This document shows positions 24,083 to 39,073 of a stretch of DNA of 64,000 bases, one piece after another. Origin of the DNA: Selaginella moellendorffii (lineage: Eukaryota > Plantae > Lycopodiophyta); NCBI RefSeq assembly GCF_000143415.4, contig NW_003314357.1, forward strand, positions 1 to 64,000. The letters run 5' to 3'. A model generated the notes under the pieces. It made no database searches. It saw only the letters and a list, made by a program, of their open reading frames with translations, and was not told where the DNA came from. Made by a program: the position numbers and the translations under genes. The stretch's first letter is position 1. Each line of letters opens with the position of its first letter.

Positions 24083-25290
24083 CTCCCAGCAATCCGCCTC
24101 TATCCTTCGCTAGAACTGAGGAAGAGGCTCCGATACCAGATTGTAAGCCACAAATTTTTCCTTTCCAATTTGCCAGCTTACCTCGTCTATCCGTCCAACA
24201 CTGCCTTGGCTTTTGCTAAGTTCCCTTGCCAAGGTTTTTGCCTATGGTAACAGCTCCTACTTGGTTTCAGCTACTCACTGCACGAGCAACGGAGTGTTAG
24301 CCATCCTTCCACGGATTCCCAAATCACTCTCAATCCCCCTCCCCGGGTTAGACTGGACTTAAGGTTCGGCTACACTCCCCGCAAGCACAAGCAGCCAAGC
24401 ACACCAAGCTTCCAGGTTCCTAACATCCCTTGGTACCACAAGACTTGATCATGGGACCCTCTAAATCCCAAGTCTTGAATGCAACACTTGCTTCGGGACG
24501 CCGGGGCGAAACACCGTGGCCTAGCGGCCCGGTATGGGTACCTCTCGCCCCCCACTTCCATCCTGAAGGAAGGCCCAAGCCCCTAGGAAGGGCGAGGACC
24601 AATGAGCCGCATGGTACTCAAGTGGGGCACCACTCCACATGAGCCGGGAGCACCGCAATCGGTTTCCCTTTCGGGAGTGGGAGCTGCTCTTGAGCACTTC
24701 CTTGGATGGCCCCTCCGGCACCAGCCAAGTCCATGCTCACTCCCACCCAAGGCCCCTCGGTCCCAGTCCCAACCTCAAGTCGGTTTGGAAGCCCAACTGG
24801 AGAGTCCCTTCAAAACTGGTTCCTGGGCCTCTCTATCCCTACTATACTTTTGGAACCCCCTACAGCCCCCCCCCCCCTGGGAGACGCACGCTTTGGGCTT
24901 TCACCCCTTGACCCGTATTAGTATTTGGACTTAGTCTCTGGCTCGATCTCGGACCCAATTTCGGATCCGACTTCGGATTCGGGTTCGGACTCGATCACGG
25001 ACTCGATCTCGGACCCGATCTCGGACCCGACCTCGGACTCGACCTCGGACTCGGTCTCGGACCCAATTTCGGATCTCGGACTCCGTCTCGAACTCGGTCT
25101 CGAACTCGGACTCGAACTCGGTCCCCGAGTCGGTCTCGGACTCGATTCCGGACTCTATCTCGAACTCGGTCCTAGAGTCGGTCTTGGACTCGATCCTCGA
25201 CTTGGTCCCATCCGATAAACTCTTTGTCATTTCGGTCAAGCTTTTGGGGATCCTTTAGCCTACGACATCTCGGGGAGTCGGTTCCTTACA
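20533..25290 (-). mobile_element. Ty3/Gypsy (chromovirus-like) retrotransposon: 5' LTR 24142-25290, PBS 24127-24138, gag-pol truncated in the integrase
   Basis: LTR with TGTAAG...CTTACA termini, PBS TGGTATCGGAGC, domain order Gag-PR-RT-RH-IN. Confidence 0.93.
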
Positions 25291-28285
25291 CATATGCTCC
25301 CCATGGACTTATGAAAGCTGTTTTATGTTGATCTTTGACAGCTATGTGTACTTGATTGTAGCCTGAAAAACCGTCAACAAATTAGTACATTTCATGACTG
25401 GCTACAGCATCAAGTATTTCATCTGAAAATGGTATGGGAAAGTCATTTAGTTCACACAAATGTGTAATTTCCCATTTTTCTTGGGGACAATGACTAAAGG
25501 TGATAGCTATTGGGCATTTTGTATTGGATATATAAATCCTACTTCAAGGAGTTTGTTGATTTCAACTTTTACTTTTTCAGCGAATGTTGGATTCATCCAG
25601 TAAGCAATTTGTTTAATGGGTTGAATGCCTAGAAGTAATTCAATTCGATGTGTACATAAATTAAGTGGTATACCTTTGGGGTCTTTATATGACCAAGCAA
25701 AGACATCTTTATACTTAGTAAGGAGCGCAGTAGCATTAAGTTTAAAAGTTTTGTCGAGTTGTGTAGCTATTAAAACGTTTTGTGGGTTTGAGGGAATCCC
25801 TAGATTTAATTCTTCAATGTCTTCATTGATATTGACATGAAGTTTTAAGTCTTGATTTTCGGTGGTGAGAACTAATTCATCTTGTATATCTAAGTGATAT
25901 TCTATAGTTTGTAGTTGTTCAGGTTAAAGCACTAGTCTTGCTTTTTGTATGGTGGTTTTTGTTAGTTGTTTTGAATCATCATAGTCTTGACACTTGGATA
26001 TAGGAAGTATCCTGTTGAGGTCAATTTCTTGGATTGCCTTAAGTTTAGGATATGCTTCAAATAATTTATTCAAGATCGTCTAAGCCTTTTTCCCAATTGT
26101 ATTTTTGAACTTGTGTTGGTCGGAAACTTCTTGAGATTTTCTTGCTTGTCGATGTTGATATTTTAGTTTGTCCTTTTCGGGATTGTATACATATCTCATG
26201 CTCCATCCAATATTGTGTAGAAACAGCTTTGTTAAGCCAAGGTCTACCTAGCAAGATTTCGTAAGAAGATTCTTCAATCGCCATTTTTAACACAACAAAG
26301 TTAACTTTAAATTTATGTCCTTTGACTGTCATAGAGACATCACAGATTATGCCTGCTGGTCTGACAACTCTTTGATCAGCCATGCGTACAATGAAGGGTG
26401 CAGTTTGTATATTGCTCAGTCCTAAAGCTTTGCATAGTGAAAACCTTCATCAAGAATAGCTCTTTCAATATGATTTTTGCTAATATGTATGTTTATACAA
26501 GGTACATTATCATTATAATCACCAGGTTGGATTCTTTTAGTATGTTCTAGTTGTGTTGGTTGAGATTGGTGTTTTTCTTGTGTTCGAGCTTCAGGGATCC
26601 TTCGATTACATACCTTTAAGATTTGGTCTTTCATATATAGTGCTATTTGCAATATTTGTTAGAGGGTTAAAGTAATTCCTTGCTGTAATATGTACTTGGC
26701 AATGGTTGTATGCTCATCTTGAGTAAAGCTTAATACTTAAGTTTAGTCATCTTGATTGTATATTTGATCATTAATAATTTCAGGATCTTTGTTTTGAAGC
26801 TTTTGTTGAATGGTTTTAAGTATTTTCTTACTCTTTTTCCATTTGGTATTCTTGATTTCTAATGCTTGATCACTTTCATCTTGTTCTTCATAATTATCAG
26901 GTTGTTGACATTCATATTGTGTTCTGGTGATTGCCAAGACTTCTGGTTCTTTAGTCATTAGTTGTTCTTTATCTTCTATATCAACTTCTACTTGGACTGC
27001 TCGTGCTGCTGGTGGTCTTCCAGCAGGAGCTTGATTGACTCTTTGGTTTTGTGGATTATATTGTTGTCTAATTTGAGTGTCTTCTAGTTGATTTTGTCTT
27101 GGTTGATAATTTTGTTGTGATGTTTGATTGTTTTAATTGTTATATTGCCTTTGTTGGCTTTTGTTTTTATTGTTCCCTTGTGGAAGTTGATAATTGTTTA
27201 GTTGTCAATTGTATTGTTGTTAGTTGTAATTGCCTCTATAACTGTTTTGTCCTTGACTATAGTTTTGATTTCATAGGGGATTATATCCACGATTATATCC
27301 TGGATTATATTGTTGATTATCTTGGTAATAATAGTTTCTTGGTAGTCTTTGATCCTGGTTGTTGTTTCCTTGATAATTTTGTCGTGGTGGTCCTCGTTAA
27401 ACATTTTCCACTCTTGAAACTTCGGTGGTATTTTTATATTGACAATTCTTAGCTATATGTCTTTCTCTATCACAAATCTGACATTTGGGTAAATGGAATT
27501 TACAGTCTGAAACAGAATGTCCTTCATTTTTGCATTTTGTACAAAAGACTCCTTGTTTAAACTCGGTTGAAGCTAACTTCTTCAATACATGTCTAATATC
27601 TTTACCTTGTGTCTATTTCTTTTTGGTTTTGATTAGTATTTCTTCCTCTTCATCATCTGAGTCATCATTAGTATGAGAAGATTCACCTTTAGTGAATTGC
27701 TTAAACTGTTTCTCAAGTTTTAAGATTCCTTGAGATAGTGAATCAATACTTTCTTCATCAGGTGTATCAGCCAAGGCTATCATGTTGTGATAGGCTTCTC
27801 GTAATTCTTGTATGTAAGACAAACTCTTGCCTTTGTCAGTGATTAAATCTTTACATTTCTTTGCATATAATTTAAATCGTCTAGTATAGTCTTGAATTCC
27901 TTCCTTTGGTCACTTTTTATATTCTTAATTTGCTCATAATGCTCCTCCAGTGTTCTTCCGGCTGGGAATTGTTCCTTGAATTGTTCAAGTTTCTTGTCAT
28001 GTGATACAAAATCCTCTAGAGTATTATACCACTCAAGAGCTTATCTTTTAAGTGTGTATGTGAAAAGTATGGCTTGATGCTGTTCTTGATTGTTCATCTT
28101 GACAATTTGGTTGAATTGTTTTACATGTAATTCCGAATCTTTTGACTTACTTCCTGTGAAAATCAAATATGTAATCATGCTTCCAATTGTACTCATCAGG
28201 TTGATGATTGCCATTGGTGGTTGTAGACTTTGTTGGTTGAGTTGTTGTTCTAGTGAGTTTGGATTTGAGTAAAACTCTGGTGCTG
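25291..28285 (-). mobile_element. Decayed AT-rich non-chromovirus Gypsy (gag-PR-RT), host of two insertions; gag continues at 34648-~35000
   Basis: DGFSGYNQVHIAVKDQHKTAFISPWG (RT), YEILLGRPWL (PR), two CCHC knuckles. The gag frame rejoins across the 28286-34647 insertion (EAKYTA|PEFYSN). Confidence 0.8.
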
Positions 28286-31200
28286 TGTAGAACTAAGGGA
28301 ATATTCCATCTGCTGCCTCATCAGTATTAAGGTCACGAGGGAGGGGAAGTCCACTAAGGGGGGGAAAAAACAGTCGATCAATTGTATGTAAGGGAAGGGA
28401 AGAAGAGAATAAAGGATGCCTTAACGAAGAGGTCCTTGGCAAAGTGCCGTCCCCACCACCAGCCCCCATCTCAGTTTCTACTCCTCCAAGAATGAGTGGT
28501 GCTGGCGGATCTGGAGGAGCAGCACCGCCGCCGCCGCCAATTCCTCCTCTGCCAGGACGGCATTTTACACACATGCGGTATCCTTCTTTCTCGCCCATCG
28601 CGGGCAATGATGCGGACGCACATTTCAATTCCTTTGAGACTGTTGGCATCGCCAACCAAGAAGCTGATGAAGCCGATCGCCTTCGGTTCTTCCCTGCTAC
28701 ACTCCAAGACGCTACTCTGGAGTGGTATCTCCAAGCCCAGCGTTCTGCACCAGCCAGTATTGCGACCTGGGACCTGCTTCGATCAGCCTTTCTCACTGCT
28801 TTCCGACCCGTGGGATTCGCACAGCGAGTTAGTGAGGAACTTAATTACATTCGATTGCTGCCAAACGAAAGCTTACAAAGTTTTATCATCTGGTTTCGGC
28901 GACTAGTAGCTAAAAAAGACCCTCCTCCCAGTGAGGACGATCAGGTTCGCTTCTTCACGAACGGCCTGCCTCCTGAATAGGCTTTCTTCACGAAGGGCAA
29001 GACCCCCACAACACTTGCTGAGGCTATTTCCTCGGATTCCAGTTGGGAGCAAGCCCGTGTGAGCATGGCTCGCTTCCAGTAGCCTTTCTACTCCGTTCCT
29101 TCAGTGCTTGGCGGCCCACCAGTGATCCCGCCAACCTTTCCAAACATCAGCAGCATCACAGCCATATTCTTCGCTCACTGACCCAGCAAGCTTACCTTTT
29201 CCTGGAACTGTCGATTACAGCCACCTCCAGCGGCATATACTTCCTGCCGTGGCTACTTCCTCTTCAGCTCTGCCACAGTCGCAAGGTGATGACTTGGAAA
29301 CACTCACCAAGAAAATGTCCGAGCTTCAGCTTAACTGGATTCGGAGTCCAGACACCTCCTCAGCCTGTTACTGAACGTGAGAATATCTGGTGTACTCGTT
29401 GCAAGGGATATGGACATTATCCCAGCGAATACCCAAGTCCTGCACCAGCTCGAGTCAAGTGCCAGCACTGCAGACGAAATAATCACAGATCAGAGCACTG
29501 CATATATAAACCCGCTACCTCAGCTCAGCCAGCTCCTCGCTTGCCTGCACGTCCCAGCTACCACGTCCAGCTTCTTCAAGATCCATTGCCACCTCTGGTT
29601 CTACAAGGTTACACACCCGATCTAGTACACGTTTATGCAGCAGCTCCAGCACGAATGAGTAATGTACCTGGAAGGGGTCGAGCTCGACGTCCAATCATCT
29701 GCTTTCGTTGCAGACAACCCGGCCATATCGCTCCCGAGTGTCCGAATGCACGAGCACCAGTTGAGTATCAACCCGTCTGCGGCATCTGTAACACGCAAGG
29801 TCTTCATGCCCAAGACGACTGCCCTCGCCATGGCCCATGCGGCTCAAACTGCACACGCAATGGCACCCAGTTCCTCCCTACGGCTACTCATACGCCAAGC
29901 ACGGCCCTGCAACACCACAGCTCACCCATGCCGCTCCTGCCTTTGCTCCAAGTGCGTACCCTAATGTGGCAGTTGCTCCAAGACCCGCAATCCAGTTTGA
30001 AGCGCTTCCCTCTCCGCCCTCGCGAGATAATTCTGGAAATGCCACCTCATTCAGCCACGCTTCACCTAGCGATCAAGAGGATTCAGTTAGCGCCGACAAG
30101 AAAAAGAAATATCGCCGTGTTCTCAATCTGGACGACTTTTTGGGGGATCTGGAGCACCAAACGCCACAAATTTCTTTTAGCCAGCTCCTCCATGCTGCTC
30201 CAGAGCTCCACAAGGTGGTTTCCTCTGCTCTCCGTGGGCATTGAGAAATTGTCGTGAACTGCGTGTGGCCCCTCTTCGTCGACATGTCTGCTCCCACGAT
30301 TAACGTGGACATCCGTGGTCACATCTCTTCTGCTACCATCCATGGTGGCAGTGGCGTCAACCTGATGCCGCATGAAACTGCAGCTCACCTGGATCTTCCA
30401 GCTCCTGTTCCTGTTCACTTTCACCTGCATGGCGGATCAATGCCGCGTTCAGCCGCTTGGCAGGATGAACGATGGCAATCTGACTTATCCACTCCTTCTT
30501 GGGAGACCCTGGCTTCTCCAAGCTCGCGCACGCCATGACTGGGCTACTGGCTTCTTGGAGTAGGTGATGGCAATTTTTCCCGCAAACTCCAGGTTCACTT
30601 TCAGCAGCACCCTGAAGCTAGTTTCAAGGTTGAATCAAACGACTCGGATTCCTCCAACGATTAAAATGATCCAGATGAGGATGCTCCTGCTCTTTCTACT
30701 GAACCTTCCCTTACATCCCAGACTACAGCTGAGGTTCAAGCTTGGCTTTTCTGCGGCTCAGTGACGGTGGAGCCGTCCCCACCTTTGCACCAGGTTCTCG
30801 TTGCTGATCACAATGCTCCAGATGAGTGTGGCAATGTGGAGATCTTCTCAAGATACTGCTGTTCCTCCCTCAGTGGAGGAATGGACCCTGGACGATACAC
30901 TCGCGCTTGACGATGTGGTGCGCCTCGTGCAGAGCACCTTGTTTCCGGCTCCCGCCACCTTTTCTACGGGATCGTGACCAGCCTGGCCGATTTTTCTTCT
31001 TGATTTCACTAAGCAGCTCGCCCTACGGTTGCTTAGCAGATCTTACCTTACCTGCGAACTACATCGACCGTGCTGTTCTTTCCAGCCTTGGCCATCCGAT
31101 CAGTGCTCTTCCTGATCAACCTGCTCCAGTCAATTTTGGCGGAGAAGAGTTAGAGTTTCTGGGATTTCTCATGGATATCCCATACACTTTTCTTGGAAAG

Positions 31201-34200
31201 CCTTCAGTGGCCTCCTTCTACGTGATTGCTCCTCTCGACTATGCTTCGGTCATGATCCTGTTCGGCCGGCCTTGGGCCGCCACTGCACTTGCCGGTTTTC
31301 TGGGTTTGACTTCCAGCTCTTCTGCCCCTCCTGAGCTGGATCTTTGCATGGCAACTGTGCATTTTGCTGAGGATCCTCCAGTGGCTGATCCTCCCATACC
31401 TCCAGCTTTTCTCCAACATCCTGCTGCGATCTGGAACTCACCTGCATCCCCGTTCGAGCCTCCTGTGACGACTTCCGTCAACATTGGTACCTCCAGCGAA
31501 CCTCGTGAACTCCAAGTTGGCGCTGACTTATCTCCCTTGGACCTCCAGCAGTACCAGAAGCTTTTCCATGCATACAAGGATATCTTTGCATGGTCTTATG
31601 CGGATTTACATGGCATCAATCCTGAGCTTGGGCAACACCACATCGAACTCCAGCCGGACGCGCAGCCACAACGACAGAGAATGTACCGCATGAATCCAAA
31701 CTACGCTCAAGCTGTTTGTGAGGACCTGGATAAGATGCTTGCTGCGGGTTTCATATACCCTGTCGATGCGACGGATTGGCTCTCTCCCATCGTCGTTGTT
31801 CCAAAAAAGAATGGGAAGCTGTGTGTATGTGTTGACTACCACAAGCTTAATGCTGTGACACGCAAGGACGGGTTTCCCCTTCCCTTCACGGATGTGGTGC
31901 TCGACAACATAGCTGGACACACGACTTACTCGTTCCTTGATGGCTTTAGTGGCTATCACCAGGTTCTTATCCATCCTGATGATCAACATCTCACCCCGTT
32001 TATCACTCCGTGGGGATGTTTTTGCTACAGGGTGACTCATGAATAGTCCCACAACTTTTCATCGAGTCATGCAAGCAGCCTTTCAACGGCTCCTTGGAGA
32101 TTTTCTGGAAGTTTTTCTTGACGTTTATAGCGACGCTATATCTCATTGCGTAAAACTCAAAAAATGCTTTGAACGTTGCCATTTCTATGGCATTTCTCTC
32201 AATCCCTCTAAGTGTACGTTTGGCGTTCCCGTGGCATTCTTCTTGGTCGAGTGGTCTCCCGGGAAGGATTAGCTGTGAATCCAGATAAGGTGGCTATCGT
32301 GAAGAACCTGGAACCACCGCGCGTTAAAAAAGATCTTCAAGCTTTCTTGGGCCATGTCGGCTACCATGGCCACTTTATCTACGACTTCGCGACTAAAACT
32401 TTGCCTCTGACGAAACTCTTGAAGGCCGGTGTGCCTTATGAGTGGACACCAGCGTGACAGGACGCATTTGAGCTTCTACGGGGAGCTCTGATCACTGCTC
32501 CGATTTTAGCCGTTCCTGACTGGACACTTATTTTTCACATCCACGTGGATGCTTCTGCCTTTGCTGTCGGCGCTGTTCTTTGCCAGCCGCGAGAGGGCAT
32601 CGATCACCCTATTTTCTACGCAAGCCGCCAACTCTCCTCTGCCGAGCGCAACTACTCCGCCACTGAACGGGAAGGCTTAGGCATGATCTTTGCTATTCAG
32701 AAGTATCGCCACTACCTGTTGGGCACACACTTCAAATTTTTCGTGGATCACCAAGCACTCAAGTACCTCGTCAACAAGCCTTGCCGCACAGGTCGCATAT
32801 CTCGCTGGCTCATCATCCTCCAGGAATTTGACTTTGAGGTGATCCTGAAACCCCGCCGCGCTCATGCCATGGCCGATCACCTTTCACGATTGCCAGGCCC
32901 TATTTCAATCCAATCAATTGTGTCCTGCATATCCAATTATATATATATATATATATATATATTTGATACACCGATTATTCCTCCCATAACCTTGAGGATG
33001 ACCCAGCTGATGCAACTCTGTTTTCTTGCGACAGCATGGATCTCTTTGCAGTCGACGCTGTTCCCGAATGGTATCAAGGGATTGCAGATTATCTGGCTAC
33101 CGGCGCGTTCTGACTTTACTGTCACCGCACGCAAGCGACTTATTATCCAGGCTCGTCCATACTCTCTCCTGCATGGCCAGCTCTACATCCTCAGCCGTGA
33201 CGACGTTCTACGCCGTTGTATCCTTCCTCACGAGGTGGCCACTGTTATCACTTCATGCCATGATTCACCTTATAGCGGCCACTTTTCAGCTGAGGCAACA
33301 ATTCGTTTGGTTCTTCAAGCTGGCTATTGGTGGCCAACGCTTCACAAGGATGATGCTGCCTACGTTCGGACCTGCGATCCCTGCCAGCGTGCTGGTCGCC
33401 CAACTTGCCGTGATCTGATGCCGCTTAATCCTCTACTTCGGGTGCTTCCTTTTGAGAAGTGGGGCATCAATTTTGTGGGACCGATCAAGCCAGCCAGCCA
33501 TCCTTCCCGTTGCCGCTACATTCTCGTGTGCACGGACTATGTCACGAAGTGGGCCGAGGCAGAAGCTCTCACGGAAGACACAGCTGCCAAGGTTGCGACT
33601 TTTCTTTACAAGAACATCATCACGAGATTTGGCTGCCCTTTGGAGCTGGTGAGCGATAGAGGTACTCACTTTATCAATCAAGTGATTGCGACCTTGGTGG
33701 AGAAGTATGGCATCGCTCATCGTAAGTCCACTCCCTATCACCCTCGTGCTAACGGACAGGTGGAGCGCACCAATAAGATACTGTGCAACATTATCACGAA
33801 GCTTGCCAGTGCTTCTCGCACAGATTGGGATCAACGCTTGTTGGATGCTCTCTGGGCATACCGCGTTGCTTACAAGGTCACCACCAAAGCTTCACCGTTC
33901 CAGCTTGTTTATGGACAAGAAGCCATCCTACCACTCGAGCTTGAGATTCCATCTCTCCGTATGGCTGTCGAGCACAACTTGGGCTGGGACAACACTCTTC
34001 AAGCTCGACTGGACACACTTCTTCAACTCGACGAGCGTCGACTTCTCGCCTTCCAAGCTCGCGAAGCTCTTCAGAAGCGCCACAAAGTCTGGTACGATCG
34101 TCATTTGTGTGCTAAGAATTTTTCTGCTGGTGATCAGGTTCTGCTATATGATAGCAAGCACTGGAAAAATCCTGGGAAACTCCATATTCGCTGGCTTGGC

Positions 34201-34647
34201 CCATATCGCATTGTTGACGTTTTTACCAATGGCTCAATCCAGCTTGAAGATCTTAGTGGGAACTTGTTACCAACTCGTGTTAATGGAGCTCGCCTGCGCA
34301 AGTACCATGAGCGAGATGAAGCTGCCGTGGAGCTGTGTGCTCCGGGACAGAGCCCAATAGGTGGGGTGTGATGTAGAACTGGGGGAATATTCCATTTGCC
34401 GCCATGTCAGTTTTGGGAAGTCCACTAAGGGGGAAAAAAAACAGTCGATCAATTGTATGTAAGGGAAGGGAAGAAGAGAATAAAGGATGCCTTGATGAAG
34501 AGGTCCTTGGCGAAGCGCCCTCGATCGTGTGAACGAGCGCCTTTGGATATGAAGGGAAGCAAGAGAACGTAGTCAAGCCACTATGAGCATACCTTGTCCT
34601 CACTGTGGGCAGCGGTTCTATTTTAGAGTAAACTTAGGGTGTCTTCA
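28286..34647 (+). mobile_element. Non-chromovirus Ty3/Gypsy element with disrupted gag-pol; 5' LTR partly deleted (28286-~28450), 3' LTR 34372-34647
   Basis: TSD TGCTG at 28281-28285 / 34648-34652, PPT at ~34356-34371, Gag knuckles, RT (LDGFSGYHQV), RNase H (DASAFAVGAVL), integrase (SDRGTHF, GQVERTN, GPY). Several frameshifts and stops. Confidence 0.92.
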
Positions 34648-36030
34648 TGCTGTGTATTTTGCTTCTTCAAATGCCTCAAAGTCTGGGGCATCTTCGATAT
34701 TTAGTTCTTTGTTATTTTTGGCTTGCTCTACTTGGCAACTTAAATTTATTTATCCTCTTTGTCATACTTCTCTAATATCGTTTCTAAAATTTATTGTTGT
34801 TGTTGTTCTAATTTCTCTTTTTCTTTTTCTTCCTTTTTCACTTTTCAACTCTTTTGTCAAAGATCTCTTTCTTGGATCTTGATTGGGTCTGATTTATGTT
34901 TGTACATTCAGTTTGCTAAGTCTTCACAACTTGAATGTCAAGGTATAAATTTGTGTTTTGCCTAAGTTGTCTTGAGTTAAATGTTGTTCTTCATAGATTG
35001 CAAAGTCAAGCTCTTACATCTTGTGTCTTTTCCAAGTTTTGATTCTTGCATAAATGTGAAGTCAAGCTCTTGTGTTTTGAGTCTTCTGCAAGTTTGGTTT
35101 TGTAGTATAAATGCAAAGTCAAGCTCTTGTGTCTTGAGTCTCCAATCGAGTTTTTCTTTCTCAATTCTTCCCGAGTTTTTTTTCAAGGTCACTTTCTTGA
35201 GTCTAGCTCAGGAAAGGTCTTGTATTTGAAAAATCTGGTGGTGTAAGTAAGCACAATTTTGTTTATTGAAAGGAGGTCAATTGTGTCATAAATTGATCGA
35301 TATAGCTATTCACTAGTAATATTGGATACTACTCACCAACTTTGGGATTAAGCAGGTATGCAAACGATTGCAAATCTCTTTAGTAGTCCAATCTTGTCTA
35401 AATTCTTGAGTAATTATTTTGGTCTCTTACAATGTGTTGGTCGTACTGGAATGCGAGCTCTTACTTTGAGAGTTTGTGTTTCCTAGTCGATGGTAATTGT
35501 ATAGCACTCTCGTCAGGTGACTTTGGGTATCAAAAGTTATATGTTGGCCAGTCCTTACGGACACTCCTTCCTTACTGCCACGATGGCAAAAGGTTAGTAT
35601 TGCTAGACCTTTTATCAATCCCTCTTGTTCAAGTATTAGTAAACTAGGCTTAGCACTTATATTTAGCCAGATGGACATAAGGTAAGAACTCCTATGTGTT
35701 TCTAGCTGAGCATACTTGGCTTGGCTTTTAGTTCTTTTTTGCTCTGTCTTGCACTAGCTTGATAAGAACCCTTGCGTATTGAGATTAGTCCCTCAATATC
35801 GACAGATGATAACTTACCATGTCTACCAAACACCCTCGCTATCATGCCCTTTGTGTTAATCTCATTTCGGTCCTAAATATTATTTATGGAAAGTGTTTAG
35901 ATTTACTCATTTGGCATATCTACGGAATGTAGAGGTTAGCTTGAACACAATGGTGTTTGTTCCGTGTCCAAGTTCACAATTTAGAGACATTCCATATTTA
36001 GTAAGTTTCGAGCTTGTTCCAGAGACTAAC

Positions 36031-36529
36031 TTCTGATACTAAAGGAAGCTTGGGGTGAAAGTGCAAAGCGAGTGTTCCTCAAGCGGAAGGGGGGGGAGGA
36101 ATTCCAAATGTATAGTAGGGATAGTGGGTAGGTCGGGCATGGCCGACTAACCTGAAGCCTAATTTAGGTCTTGCTTGTGTGCTTGTCCTTGTTTTGTGTC
36201 TGGCTTGGGTCTAAGCCCAAGTTCCATTCCATGTTAGCTAATAGAGTACCTATGTCCTTGTGTTAAGCCACTGATATGCCGAAATAACGCCAGACTTCGT
36301 TTAGCTCCATTTTGCGTGTTAGTCCTGGCATTGGGATGCCGATTGCTCTAGGACTGTTCCAAGTCGCTCCAGACTCCTGTCCTTTCACTTCTTAGGTTGT
36401 ATGCTCGAGAGTTGCTTCGTGGTCCGGTTCCGTCACTCTTTGGCTCCATGCTTGGGAGTTTGGCACTGTTCTTTTGTTCAGAGGCCTAGTTCTGCACCAT
36501 TATCCTTTGGACACGTGGCATATGTCACA
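36031..36529 (-). mobile_element. Degenerate PBS plus LTR remnant
   Basis: TTCTGATACTA (reverse complement of a decayed TGGTATCAGAG) at 36031-36041, a motif shared with the other LTRs at 36052-36125, and an end at ...TGTCACA 36529. Confidence 0.5.
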
Positions 36530-36599
36530 TGATTCCTAAACCCTAAACCCTCCGAAAATCCAGTTTGTTCAAAATCATCTTCCGATTTATTCTTTCCAG

Positions 36600-36810
36600 G
36601 AACCATCAAGCTCAAATGGCTCGAAGACTACAATGGCATCTCAGTGCATTGATCTTGATCTTCAGTGATATGTTCTTTCATGTTTAGCTGGAAACCTTGT
36701 TCTTACTTATTCAGGACTTGTCACCACCAAAAGATTCATACATTCAAGTGAGAGTTTTGGAGAACGTTAGAAATGTATACATAGATGATCAGTTTACGTC
36801 GCTGATGCCT
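36600..36810 (+). pseudogene. Remnant of GINS subunit Psf1 (two C-terminal exon fragments)
   Basis: IDLDL | DLSPPKDSYIQVRVLENV...DDQFTSL matches the Psf1 C-terminal PPKDPYI-VRVL motif. The 5' part is missing and the frame is broken. Confidence 0.6.
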
Positions 36811-36982
36811 AGTTTCTTTCCTTTTTGCATCTTTTTGAAGAATTTATTGAGTAGAATTTGCTTTCATTTGGATGTTTCATGACATTGTTTTCCAGAAACA
36901 AGGAACCTGTAGTTTCCTGGAGAATTGGCCGTCAGGTGTGACATAAATAGAGAACAATCGATACAACAAAAAGACAAAGTAT

Positions 36983-38958
<1,976 letters not shown>

Positions 38959-39073
38959 CTAGTGCCAGGCCGCCCGCAAAGCTGGGGCCAGCGAGTGGAA
39001 TCGTGACTACATGCCTTGCCAGGATCCAAAGAGGTACCCCAACCCTAAACAAATGGGTGTGCGTGTAATCGAT

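Noticed and set aside
32900-32965. (AT)n giving YIYIYI in the Gypsy pol ORF
   Set aside because: A microsatellite-containing patch in a dead element, not a protein feature.
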